Of a stretch of DNA of 64,000 nt, positions 18,559-27,320 are shown in pieces. The stretch is from contig OZ253462.1 in NCBI GenBank assembly GCA_965261395.1, forward strand, positions 6,016,001 through 6,080,000, in the 5' to 3' direction. The stretch comes from Candidatus Latescibacterota bacterium. Its GTDB lineage: Bacteria > Latescibacterota > UBA2968 > UBA8231. The translations under genes were made by a program, and so were the position numbers. How positions within the stretch are numbered: the first letter of the stretch is position 1; every line of letters begins with the position of its first letter. The notes under the pieces are model-generated. The model made no database searches, was not told the DNA's origin, and saw only the letters and a list, made by a program, of their open reading frames with translations.

Positions 18559-19616
18559 GACCCCAACTCATTTTTTTGCCGGTGGTAGAGCTGGCCGCAA
18601 GCCGCGTCGATGTCCCGCCCGCGACTGTGGCGCACGGTAAACTCGACGCCGCAGCCTCTGAGTACTTGGTAAAACTGTTCTAGACGCTGGCGGTTGGGTC
18701 GGCGGAAGCGGCGGTCCGCATCCGTTTCGTTGTAGGGTATGAGGTTGATCTTGCAGGGAATGTCGCGGGTCAGTTCGGCCAGCCGCCGCGCGTCTGCATC
18801 CGCATCGGTCAACCCGGCCATGAGCACGTATTCAAAGGTGACGCCGTAGCCGCGACAGGCGAAAAATTCGCGCGCGACCGCCAAGAGGTCGGCGATTTTG
18901 TACTTGCGGTTGATCGGCATTAGCTGCTCGCGTATCTCGTCGGTCGTGGCGTTGAGCGAGATGGCCAACCCCACATTGAGATCTTCGGCCATGAGCCGGC
19001 GGATGCCCGGAATGTACCCCGCGGTGGACACCGTGACTTTCCGCCCCCCCAACCCAATGCCCTCTTTTAGGCGCATCAGCTTTAGGGCGCGCGCGACCGC
19101 CGAGTAGTTGAGCAGCGGCTCGCCCATCCCCATCATCACCACATTGGTCACCTTCTCGCCCCGCTCACGGGCAAAGTGGTCCACCTGCAAGAGTTGATCG
19201 ACGATCTGCCCGGCTTCGAGGTTGGCTATCATTCCCATCCGCCCGGTGGCGCAGAACTTGCAGTCGAGTGGACAGCCCACTTGCGACGACAAGCACGCCG
19301 TGCGCCGGGTGCCATCGACGATCAGCACGGACTCGATCCGCTGCCCAGTGGGTAGCTCAAAGAGGAATTTGACGGCCTCGCCTGTGGCCGATTCTTGGCG
19401 CTTGACGAGGTTCAGGCAAGTAATGCGTGTCTGCTCGGCGAGCTTTTCCCGCAGAGTTTTGGAGACATTGGTCATCTCGCGGACGTCACGCACCCCTTTG
19501 GCGTAGAGCCAATCGAGAATCTGACGGGTACGGTACGCCGGTTCGTCGAGCTCACCGACGAGCCGGTCGAGCTCGATGGGCAGCATAGCTTTTAGATCGT
19601 AGAGCCGACTAGCCAT
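18555..19616 (-). CDS. rlmN: 23S rRNA m2A2503/tRNA methyltransferase RlmN
   Basis: CLSSQVGCPLDCKFC (CxxxCxxC), MGMGEP and RGRDIDAACGQL. Confidence 0.96.
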   Translation of the reverse strand: MASRLYDLKAMLPIELDRLVGELDEPAYRTRQILDWLYAKGVRDVREMTNVSKTLREKLAEQTRITCLNLVKRQESATGEAVKFLFELPTGQRIESVLIVDGTRRTACLSSQVGCPLDCKFCATGRMGMIANLEAGQIVDQLLQVDHFARERGEKVTNVVMMGMGEPLLNYSAVARALKLMRLKEGIGLGGRKVTVSTAGYIPGIRRLMAEDLNVGLAISLNATTDEIREQLMPINRKYKIADLLAVAREFFACRGYGVTFEYVLMAGLTDADADARRLAELTRDIPCKINLIPYNETDADRRFRRPNRQRLEQFYQVLRGCGVEFTVRHSRGRDIDAACGQLYHRQKNELGS

Positions 19617-19741
19617 CTCTAAAAGTCCTTGACGCTTAAATGTAAAAGTATATATGTTAAAGGTTTACTGACATTGGTCAACGGTTCCCCTCCCCCCAAC
19701 CGTTGCCAGGCCTTTTTTTTTCCTCCCCATAGATTTTGCCC

Positions 19742-21067
19742 ATGCGATTCGGATTTGCCATCTGGTTCTGGGGCATCCTCTTGAGCAGCCTTGCGCTTAT
19801 GGCGCTGCGCTTGGGGATGTCCTCTCAGCACTCGGCGGTCACAGCCGCCCACTCCGGGGAGGAAATGCCCTTCGTGGCCTTTGCTCCGGCCGCTTCGGCC
19901 GCAGTTTGGGAGCCGCCCTTTGTCGGCCCGCCGATTCCGCCCCCGCCCGACGATCCCACGCGGACGATTGCCGCCGCGCTGAGCCGAGGGGATTCCATTG
20001 ATCGCTCGTTCAAGCACCACCGCGTCCCGAGCCACCAATTGGAGTCGCTGTACCAAGCGTTATACGCGGTTTTCGACCCCGCGCAGGTCAAGCCGGGTGA
20101 CCACTACGAGGTTGTAATCGACACCAGCGGCGTCATTCGCCGCTTCCGCTACACACCCCACCGCACCCCAGATCGCCCATTCGAGGTGGAACTGCGCGAC
20201 GGTCAGTTCGTTGGCCGCCAATTGCAGTTGCCGCTGGAGCGACGGGTCGAGCGGCTCGAAGTGCGCATTGAGGACAACCTCTCCAACGCCATCAGCGAAG
20301 CCGGGGAAGGCAGCGCGCTCAGCGACTTGCTCGTCGATGACATATTCGGCGCAGTCATCGACTTCCAGCGCGACCCGCGCCGCGGTGATCGGCTGGGGGT
20401 CGTCTTTGAAAAGCTCTACCTAGACGAGCGCTTCGTCCGCTACGGCCACGTCCTCTTGGCCCGGTACGAAGGCGAACGAGTGACCGAATTGGCGGTCCGC
20501 TATGCTGCCGCCGAGGGGGAGGACGCCTATTATAACGCCAGCGGTCGCTCCCTCGGGCGGATGTTCGTACTCAAGCCCCTCGGGGTCAATCGCATCACCT
20601 CGCGCTTCAACCGCCAACGCTTCCATCCCATCCACAAAAAGCAACATCCCCATCTGGGTACGGACTACGGTGCGGCGACGGGCACCTTGGTGTGGAGTAC
20701 GGCCCGCGGACAGATCGCGTACGCCGGCTGGAAAAGCGGCTACGGCAAGCTGGTCGAAATCGTCCACTCCAATGGCTACCGCACCCGCTACGCACACCTG
20801 AGCAAGATATTGGTTCGCAAGGGCGAGCTCGTACAGCAGAAAGATATTATCGGCAAAGTTGGTTCTACAGGACTCGCGACCGGCCCTCACCTACACTACG
20901 AAATCATCAAAGACGGCCACCACATCAATCCCGAACACATCAACACAGGCAGTGTCATCCCAACCCTAGCCGACGACCTGTTGCCCGACTTCGTCCACAA
21001 GCGCGACGCGCTCTTGCACGTCCTCGCGCTTGGCCAGCGCACTTGGCGTCTCGCCTCGGCCCCTTGA
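19742..21067 (+). CDS. M23 family peptidoglycan DD-metalloendopeptidase (MepM/Csd3-like)
   Basis: HLGTDYGA, GYGKLVEIVH, YAHLS and STGLATGPHLHYE; N-terminal TM. Confidence 0.92.
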   Translation: MRFGFAIWFWGILLSSLALMALRLGMSSQHSAVTAAHSGEEMPFVAFAPAASAAVWEPPFVGPPIPPPPDDPTRTIAAALSRGDSIDRSFKHHRVPSHQLESLYQALYAVFDPAQVKPGDHYEVVIDTSGVIRRFRYTPHRTPDRPFEVELRDGQFVGRQLQLPLERRVERLEVRIEDNLSNAISEAGEGSALSDLLVDDIFGAVIDFQRDPRRGDRLGVVFEKLYLDERFVRYGHVLLARYEGERVTELAVRYAAAEGEDAYYNASGRSLGRMFVLKPLGVNRITSRFNRQRFHPIHKKQHPHLGTDYGAATGTLVWSTARGQIAYAGWKSGYGKLVEIVHSNGYRTRYAHLSKILVRKGELVQQKDIIGKVGSTGLATGPHLHYEIIKDGHHINPEHINTGSVIPTLADDLLPDFVHKRDALLHVLALGQRTWRLASAP

Positions 21068-21103
21068 CATAAGCATCGCTCTAGTTTTATTGGCCCTCTT
21101 GCT

Positions 21104-21583
21104 ATGGAACCAAACACGCTGCAAGAAATCGAAAATCTGGCCGAGCGCGACGGTCGCTATAAGAGCGATGCGTATCTCTTTGTGTACGATGCGCTAGGAT
21201 ACACGGTGCAAAGGCTCGGCAGGGACAAGGACGCCTTGAGCGAAGAGAAGCGGCACATGGGTGGACTTCCCCAAGCGTCGGCCGAATTTTCAGGGGACAA
21301 GGACGCCTTGAGCGAAGAGAAGCGGCACATTTCCGGCCGGGAGCTGCTCTTTGGCATTAGCGAGTACAGCGCCGATCAATTTGGGCCGCTTACCTGCTCG
21401 GTCTTTGCCTACTGGGGCATTGAGCAAACGCGCGATTTTGGCGAGATTATCTTCAACTTGGTCGGCGCGAAATTGCTGCGCAAGACAGATGAGGATCGGA
21501 TTGAAGACTTCGTCGATGTGTACGACTTTGCCGAGGAATTCGACTGGAAGAAGCGCAAGGCCGACCTCAAGCGCCTGTCCTGA
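21104..21583 (+). CDS. Minf_1886-family conserved hypothetical protein with a 24-aa insertion
   Basis: DGRYKSDAYLFV..RHISGRELL..FGPL..WGI..TRDFGEIIFNLV..EDRIEDF. Confidence 0.75.
   Translation: MEPNTLQEIENLAERDGRYKSDAYLFVYDALGYTVQRLGRDKDALSEEKRHMGGLPQASAEFSGDKDALSEEKRHISGRELLFGISEYSADQFGPLTCSVFAYWGIEQTRDFGEIIFNLVGAKLLRKTDEDRIEDFVDVYDFAEEFDWKKRKADLKRLS
21222..21330 (+). repeat. Exact 37-bp direct repeat pair flanking a 35-bp unique spacer
   Basis: GGGACAAGGACGCCTTGAGCGAAGAGAAGCGGCACAT at 21222-21258 and 21294-21330. Confidence 0.95.
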
Positions 21584-21598
21584 GCGCGGGACGCGAAG

Positions 21599-22804
21599 AT
21601 GAAAATCGCCTATTTCGACTGCTTCTCAGGTATCAGCGGCGACATGATCTTGGGTGCCTTGCTCGACGCTGGTCTCGCGCTAGAGGACCTCAACCGAGAA
21701 ATCGCCAAGCTGGGCGTACAGGACGTCGCCATTGAACGCGAACCCACCGCCCGGCACGCCATTGCTGCCACCCGCGCCAAAGTCTGCGTGGCCGGCGCGC
21801 CTTTGGCCGACGCCGAGCATCATCTTGATCTGTCTGGCGAGCACACGCACGCTCACGCTCACCTCAGCGATATAACCAGCCGCATTGCCGACAGCCGCTT
21901 AGACGGCGTCGTCAAGGAACGCTCCATCCGCGTCTTTGAGCGCCTGTGTGCAGCCGAAGCCGAGGTGCACAACGCCGCGCCGGCCGAAGTCGCCCTGCAC
22001 GAAGTGGGGGCCCTCGACGCCCTGATAGACGTAGTGGGGGCCGTGGCCGGACTCCAGCTGTTGGGGGTTGACGAGATCTGCGCTTCGCCCCTGCGCTTTG
22101 GCACGGGTTTTGTGCGCTGTGCGCACGGGCGCTATCCGGTGCCAGTGCCAGGGGTCTTGGCCCTCTGCCGCGACGTGCCGACCGAACAGACCGATATCCG
22201 CGCCGAGCTCGTCACCCCGACCGGGGCGGCGATCATCACCACTTTGGCTCGTTCCTTTGGGCCGCAGCCGCCCTTCTGCCAACAGGCCGTCGGCTATGGC
22301 GCGGGCCGCCGCGACTTAGAGGCCATCCCCAATCTATTGCGCCTGCGCTTGGGCGAGCGTGTGCAGGCCAGCGAGCGCGTGCTGCTGATCGAAGCCAATA
22401 TCGACGACATGAATCCAGAAGTGTACGGCTACCTCTTCGACCGGCTGCTAGCGCAGGGCGCATGCGACGTGTACGCTACGCCGGTCCTCATGAAGAAGGG
22501 CCGCCCGGGCAACGTCCTCAGCGTCCTCGCTCCGGCGGGCCGCTTGGACGAGCTGGCCGCGATCGTCCTGCAAGAAACGACTACCATCGGCCTGCGCTAC
22601 TACGGGGTGGAACGCCGCGTCTTGGAACGCCAGACCCGCGCCGTTGCCACGCCGTACGGGGAGGTCGCCGTCAAGTTTAGCTATATAGACGGACGCGGCC
22701 GCGCCGCTCCTGAATACGAGGACTGCGCGCGGCTAGCCCAAGAGCATCAAGTGCCCTTGCTCTCCGTATATGAGGCCGCTCGCGCGGCCGCCACCAAGGA
22801 GTAG
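21599..22804 (+). CDS. larC: Nickel pincer cofactor biosynthesis protein LarC
   Basis: MKIAYFDCFSGISGDM, a His-rich stretch, HEVGALD, ELVTPTGAAI, MKKGRPG, ETTTIGLR and PEYEDC. Confidence 0.93.
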   Translation: MKIAYFDCFSGISGDMILGALLDAGLALEDLNREIAKLGVQDVAIEREPTARHAIAATRAKVCVAGAPLADAEHHLDLSGEHTHAHAHLSDITSRIADSRLDGVVKERSIRVFERLCAAEAEVHNAAPAEVALHEVGALDALIDVVGAVAGLQLLGVDEICASPLRFGTGFVRCAHGRYPVPVPGVLALCRDVPTEQTDIRAELVTPTGAAIITTLARSFGPQPPFCQQAVGYGAGRRDLEAIPNLLRLRLGERVQASERVLLIEANIDDMNPEVYGYLFDRLLAQGACDVYATPVLMKKGRPGNVLSVLAPAGRLDELAAIVLQETTTIGLRYYGVERRVLERQTRAVATPYGEVAVKFSYIDGRGRAAPEYEDCARLAQEHQVPLLSVYEAARAAATKE

Positions 22805-22811
22805 TCCCATC

Positions 22812-23573
22812 ATGTTGCGGTTGATCTTATGTGCGTTATGGCTGGTTCCCCCCGTGTCCAGCACGGGGCAAGCCGCGGAATGGCCGGCTTATAGCGGCGA
22901 CCTAGACGAATTCGACAATATCCAGCGCCTGCCCTCGGGCGAAGGCCCAGACCGCCTCGTGCTCGGCGATCACAACGGCCGCATCCACGTCTATGAAGAG
23001 CGCGACCACACCTATACCGGGGTGTGGGATAGCGACTATCTCGAAGGGGCCGTGGCCGGCGTGTTCGTCCTCGACATCAACGACGACCAGCTCGACGAAA
23101 TCGTCGCCTATACCGACCAAGGCCGCGTGTATTACTTCGACTCTCAGGACTACACGCTGCTGTGGAGCAACTCGCCGAATGAATACGCCCGCATTACCAG
23201 CCTGACCATCGGCGACATTGACGACGATCCCCAGCCCGAGATTGTGTTCTGCGCCGATGGCCGCTTAATCGTGTACGACGGCCGCGACCAGTACGAGCAG
23301 TGGCGCAGCGACCAAACCGACTTGACGGCTCATCAGATCCTCATCGGCGACGTAGATGGGGACGACGAAGACGAGATCGTACTCAACGATGGCTACGTGT
23401 TTGACGCCCGCTTCTTCGACTTGGAGTGGAAATCGCCCCAGCCGTTTGGCGAGCGCATGGGCCTGCTCGATCTCGACGGGGACCAGATTCCCGAGGTCAT
23501 CGGCGAGTTTCAGGGCCGCTACCTGCGCATCTTTGACATCGATCTCCGGCGGGAAAAGTCGCTCAGCCGCTAG
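22812..23573 (+). CDS. Exported FG-GAP/VCBS-like repeat protein
   Basis: Signal peptide and repeated D(I/V/L)D.D..(D/P)E(I/V)(V/I) motifs. Confidence 0.7.
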   Translation: MLRLILCALWLVPPVSSTGQAAEWPAYSGDLDEFDNIQRLPSGEGPDRLVLGDHNGRIHVYEERDHTYTGVWDSDYLEGAVAGVFVLDINDDQLDEIVAYTDQGRVYYFDSQDYTLLWSNSPNEYARITSLTIGDIDDDPQPEIVFCADGRLIVYDGRDQYEQWRSDQTDLTAHQILIGDVDGDDEDEIVLNDGYVFDARFFDLEWKSPQPFGERMGLLDLDGDQIPEVIGEFQGRYLRIFDIDLRREKSLSR

Positions 23574-23583
23574 CGGCCCGGCC

Positions 23584-23613
23584 TTGACACCCCGGCGGCG
23601 ACCGGCGTATATA
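23584..23613 (+). promoter_or_regulatory. Putative sigma70 promoter
   Basis: TTGACA-18 bp-TATATA upstream of an AAGGAG RBS and ATG 23652. Confidence 0.45.
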
Positions 23614-23651
23614 CTCCCTCTCATACCAAACACCAACAAGGAGCGACTGCA

Positions 23652-24641
23652 ATGCGACCCGTCACCCTCTTCACTGGCCAGTGGGCCGACCTGCCTATCG
23701 AGACCCTCTGCCAACAGGCCGTTGAATTTGGCTACGATGGCTTGGAGCTGGCCTGCTGGGGAGACCACTTTGAGGTTGACCAAGCCACAGACGCCTATTG
23801 TCAGGCCAAGCGCGAACTGCTCGCAAAATACGATCTAGCGCTGTTTTCCATTTCCAATCACCTCGTCGGCCAAGCCGTGTGCGACGCCATTGACAGCCGC
23901 CACCAAGCCATCTTGCCCCCGCGCATCTTCGGCGACGGCAGCCCAGAGGGCGTGCGCCAGCGCGCGGCCGAAGAGATGATCGCCACCGGTCACGCGGCCG
24001 CCCGGCTCGGGGTGGACGTAGTCAACGGCTTTACCGGCTCCTCGATCTGGTCCCTGCTCTATTCATTCCCACCGGTATCCCCCGACATGATCGAGGCTGG
24101 GTACGCGGATTTTGCCGCGCGCTGGAAACCCATCCTCGACCAATACCAAGCGCTCGGCGTCAAGTTCGCGCTAGAGGTACACCCCACGGAAATCGCCTTT
24201 GATATTGCCTCGGCTGAGCGCGCCATCCAAGCACTCGACGGCCACCCGGCCTTTGGCTTCAACTACGACCCCAGTCACCTCGGCTACCAAGGCGTGGACT
24301 ACGTCGAGTTTATCTACCGGTTCAGCGACCGCATCTTCCACGTCCACATGAAGGACGTAGGCTGGTCCGCGACGCCGACCGACGCCGGTGTCTTCGGCGG
24401 GCACACCGAGTTTGGCGACCGCCGCCGCTATTGGGACTTCCGCTCGTTGGGCCGCGGCAATATCGACTTCGAGGAAATCATCCGCGCCCTCAACCGCATC
24501 AACTACCAAGGGCCGCTGTCGGTCGAATGGGAAGACAGCGGCATGGATCGCGTCCACGGCGCGACGGAAGCGGCCGCCTTCGTCAAACAGGTCGATTTCC
24601 CTCCCTCGGACATTGCCTTTGACGCGGCGTTTGAGGACTAG
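23652..24641 (+). CDS. Sugar phosphate isomerase/epimerase (AP endonuclease 2 TIM barrel)
   Basis: [46 protein letters not shown] and SVEWED. Confidence 0.9.
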   Translation: MRPVTLFTGQWADLPIETLCQQAVEFGYDGLELACWGDHFEVDQATDAYCQAKRELLAKYDLALFSISNHLVGQAVCDAIDSRHQAILPPRIFGDGSPEGVRQRAAEEMIATGHAAARLGVDVVNGFTGSSIWSLLYSFPPVSPDMIEAGYADFAARWKPILDQYQALGVKFALEVHPTEIAFDIASAERAIQALDGHPAFGFNYDPSHLGYQGVDYVEFIYRFSDRIFHVHMKDVGWSATPTDAGVFGGHTEFGDRRRYWDFRSLGRGNIDFEEIIRALNRINYQGPLSVEWEDSGMDRVHGATEAAAFVKQVDFPPSDIAFDAAFED

Positions 24642-24643
24642 CG

Positions 24644-26203
24644 TTGCAGCGTTTTAGCGCCCTCCTGCTCGTCGCCTTGCTCGTCTCTTGCGGCGGAGAG
24701 GAACGCACGCAACACACCTTGGTTTTTGGCCGTGGCTCGGATTCAATCGGGCTAGATCCGGGGATTGAAAACGACGGCGAATCGTTTAAGGTCTGCGACA
24801 ACATCTACGAGACGTTGGTGACCTACGACAGCGCGAGCACGGCTGTAGTGCCGCAGCTAGCGCATTCTTGGGACATCGCGGACGATCAGCTTACGTGGAC
24901 CTTCCATTTGCGCACCGGGGTCCGCTTTCACGACGGCACCCCCTTTAATGCCGAGGCCATGCTGTTTTCGCTCGGGCGGCAGTTTTACAAAGATCATCCC
25001 TTCCACGAGGTCGCCGGCGCGTACAAGTACTGGCAGGCCATGGGCATGGACGACATCGTCGCCGCGCTAGAGGCCCCGGACGACTCGACTTTTGTCATCC
25101 GCCTCAACGAGCCGCATGCCCCCTTTTTGGGGAACTTGGCGATGAACTTCTGTGCGGCCGTCAGCCCCACTGCGGTGGCCCGTTATGGCCGCGATTACTT
25201 CAAAAACCCGGTCGGCACCGGCCCCTTTCGCTTGGTCGAATGGCGCAAGGACGAGCGCATCGTCTTGGAGCGCAACCGCGATTACTGGGGGCCCAAGCCG
25301 CAGCTTGACCGCCTAATTTTCAAGCCTATGCAGGAAGCCTCGGTGCGCTTCTTGGAGCTTTCGCAGGGCACGATCCACGGCTTCGACAATCTAAGCCCTG
25401 AGTACATTGAGCAGATTCGCGCCGATCCCAACCTCCAGCTCTTGACGCAGGCGGGCATGAACATCGGCTACTTGGCCATGAACATGGACAAGAAGCCCTT
25501 CGACGATGTGCGGGTGCGCCGTGCCATAAACCACGCCGTTGATAAGCAGGCTCTCGCGGATAATTTCTACCAGGGCTTGGCCATGCCGGCCAAAAATCCC
25601 ATCCCGCCGACCTTGTGGAGCTACAACGACACTATTGAGGGCTATGGCTATGATCCGGCGAAAGCGCGCGCTTTGCTGGCGGAAGCCGGTTATGCCGACG
25701 GCTTTGAGACCGAGCTGTGGGCCATGCCGGTGCCACGGCCCTATATGCCGCAGCCCGGCAAAATCGCCGAGGCGATTCAGGCCGACCTCAAAAAGGTGGG
25801 CATCCACGCCCGCATTGTCTCTTGGGAATGGGGGACCTACTTGGACAAGGTGTTCGACGGTCAGCATCAGATGGCTTTGTTGGGCTGGACCGGCGACAAC
25901 GGCGACCCGGACAACTTCCTCTACGTGCTCCTCGACTCCACCGCGGCTATCAAGCCCGCCCAGAATATCGCCTTCTACCGCAGTGCCGAGCTGCACGACG
26001 CGCTCGTCGCGGCCCGTCGCTCTACCGACCGCGACGAGCGCACGCGGCTCTACGCCCGGGCGCAGGAAATCGTCCACCGCGACGCGCCTTGGGTTCCCCT
26101 AGTACACGCGACGCAGACGGTGGCTTTCCAGCGCCGCGTCTCTGGCTTCAAGCTGCATCCCACCGGCAGTAAGTGGTTCCACAGCACCGCACTGGCCCCT
26201 TGA
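24644..26203 (+). CDS. dppA: Peptide ABC transporter substrate-binding lipoprotein (DppA-like)
   Basis: Lipobox LVSC and SBP family 5 motifs (FHDGTPFNAE, PVGTGPF, RPYMP, GWTGDNGDPDNFL). Confidence 0.88.
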   Translation: MQRFSALLLVALLVSCGGEERTQHTLVFGRGSDSIGLDPGIENDGESFKVCDNIYETLVTYDSASTAVVPQLAHSWDIADDQLTWTFHLRTGVRFHDGTPFNAEAMLFSLGRQFYKDHPFHEVAGAYKYWQAMGMDDIVAALEAPDDSTFVIRLNEPHAPFLGNLAMNFCAAVSPTAVARYGRDYFKNPVGTGPFRLVEWRKDERIVLERNRDYWGPKPQLDRLIFKPMQEASVRFLELSQGTIHGFDNLSPEYIEQIRADPNLQLLTQAGMNIGYLAMNMDKKPFDDVRVRRAINHAVDKQALADNFYQGLAMPAKNPIPPTLWSYNDTIEGYGYDPAKARALLAEAGYADGFETELWAMPVPRPYMPQPGKIAEAIQADLKKVGIHARIVSWEWGTYLDKVFDGQHQMALLGWTGDNGDPDNFLYVLLDSTAAIKPAQNIAFYRSAELHDALVAARRSTDRDERTRLYARAQEIVHRDAPWVPLVHATQTVAFQRRVSGFKLHPTGSKWFHSTALAP

Positions 26204-26206
26204 GCC

Positions 26207-27217
26207 ATGTACCGCTTCGTCCTCCGGCGGCTCATTGCGCTCTTGCCGACGCTGGTGGGGATTTCGCTTTTAGTTTTTCTAATGCTCTACTTGGTGCCGG
26301 GCGACCCGGCCCAAGTCATGCTCGGGGAGCGCGCCAATGCCGAGAGCTTGGCCGAGTTGCGCGCGACCATGGGCCTGGACCAGCCCTTTCACGTGCAGTT
26401 CTACCGCTTCTTCACCGGCCTGCTGCGCGGCGACCTCGGCCGTTCGATTCGCACCCACGAGAAAATCACCACCGAACTCTTCCAGCGCTTCCCGGCCACC
26501 TGTGAGCTAACCGTGGCCAGTATGCTGCTGGCCATGACGGTCGGTATCGCGGCCGGACTGTGGGCCGCGGTGCGGCGGGGCAAGATCGCCGATCTGCTCA
26601 GCATGATTTTGGCCACGGCCGGCATTTCCATTCCCGTATTTTGGCTGGCCCTGATGCTGGTGTTGCTGTTGGCCTTTTACGTGCCGCTCTTTCCGGTGTC
26701 CGGCCGCTTGAGCACGCATATCTACTTTGAGCCGATTACCTATTTCTACGTAATCGACGCCCTCGCACAGGGCGATTTCGCGGCCTGCGGCAACGTGCTG
26801 TGGCACCTCTTCCTGCCGGCCCTGACCTTGGGGACCATTCCCATGGCCGTCATTGCGCGCATGACCCGCGCCAGCCTGCTCGACGTCCTCGGCGAGGACT
26901 ACATCCGCACGGCTTGGGCCAAGGGCTTGCGGCAGCGGGTGGTGATTGTGCGCCACGCCCTGAAAAACGCCTTTATACCCACGCTCACGGTCATTGCGCT
27001 CGAATTTGGCTACCTGCTCGGAGGCGCGGTTATCACTGAGACTATCTTTGCTTGGCCTGGGGTTGGACGCTGGCTCTTTTTGGCGGTGCAAGCGCGCGAC
27101 TTCCGCGCCGTGCAGGGCGGAGTTTTGCTGCTGGCCACGGTCTTCGTACTGGCCAACCTCATCGCCGACATACTCTACGCTTGGCTGGACCCGCGGATCC
27201 GCTACGACGAGGAATAG
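26207..27217 (+). CDS. dppB: Peptide ABC transporter permease (DppB-like)
   Basis: PGDPA, GDLGRS, EDYIRTAWAKGL, ETIFAWPGVG and LDPRIRY. Confidence 0.9.
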   Translation: MYRFVLRRLIALLPTLVGISLLVFLMLYLVPGDPAQVMLGERANAESLAELRATMGLDQPFHVQFYRFFTGLLRGDLGRSIRTHEKITTELFQRFPATCELTVASMLLAMTVGIAAGLWAAVRRGKIADLLSMILATAGISIPVFWLALMLVLLLAFYVPLFPVSGRLSTHIYFEPITYFYVIDALAQGDFAACGNVLWHLFLPALTLGTIPMAVIARMTRASLLDVLGEDYIRTAWAKGLRQRVVIVRHALKNAFIPTLTVIALEFGYLLGGAVITETIFAWPGVGRWLFLAVQARDFRAVQGGVLLLATVFVLANLIADILYAWLDPRIRYDEE

Positions 27218-27240
27218 GGGTTGCACAATACCGAGTGACA

Positions 27241-27284
27241 AAAAAAGTGGAGGTAACGAGCAAGGCCGTTACCTCCACTTTTTT
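27241..27284. terminator. Bidirectional rho-independent terminator
   Basis: AAAAAAGTGGAGGTAACG-loop-CGTTACCTCCACTTTTTT between the convergent dppB and spondin genes. Confidence 0.85.
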
Positions 27285-27320
27285 GTTTAACAGTGCCTAT
27301 ATCGCTGGCACTGAGTCCCC

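Noticed and set aside
21222-21330. A bona fide CRISPR array
   Set aside because: There are only two repeats, inside a conserved CDS, with no leader and no cas genes in the window. Reported instead as a possible ectopic insertion.
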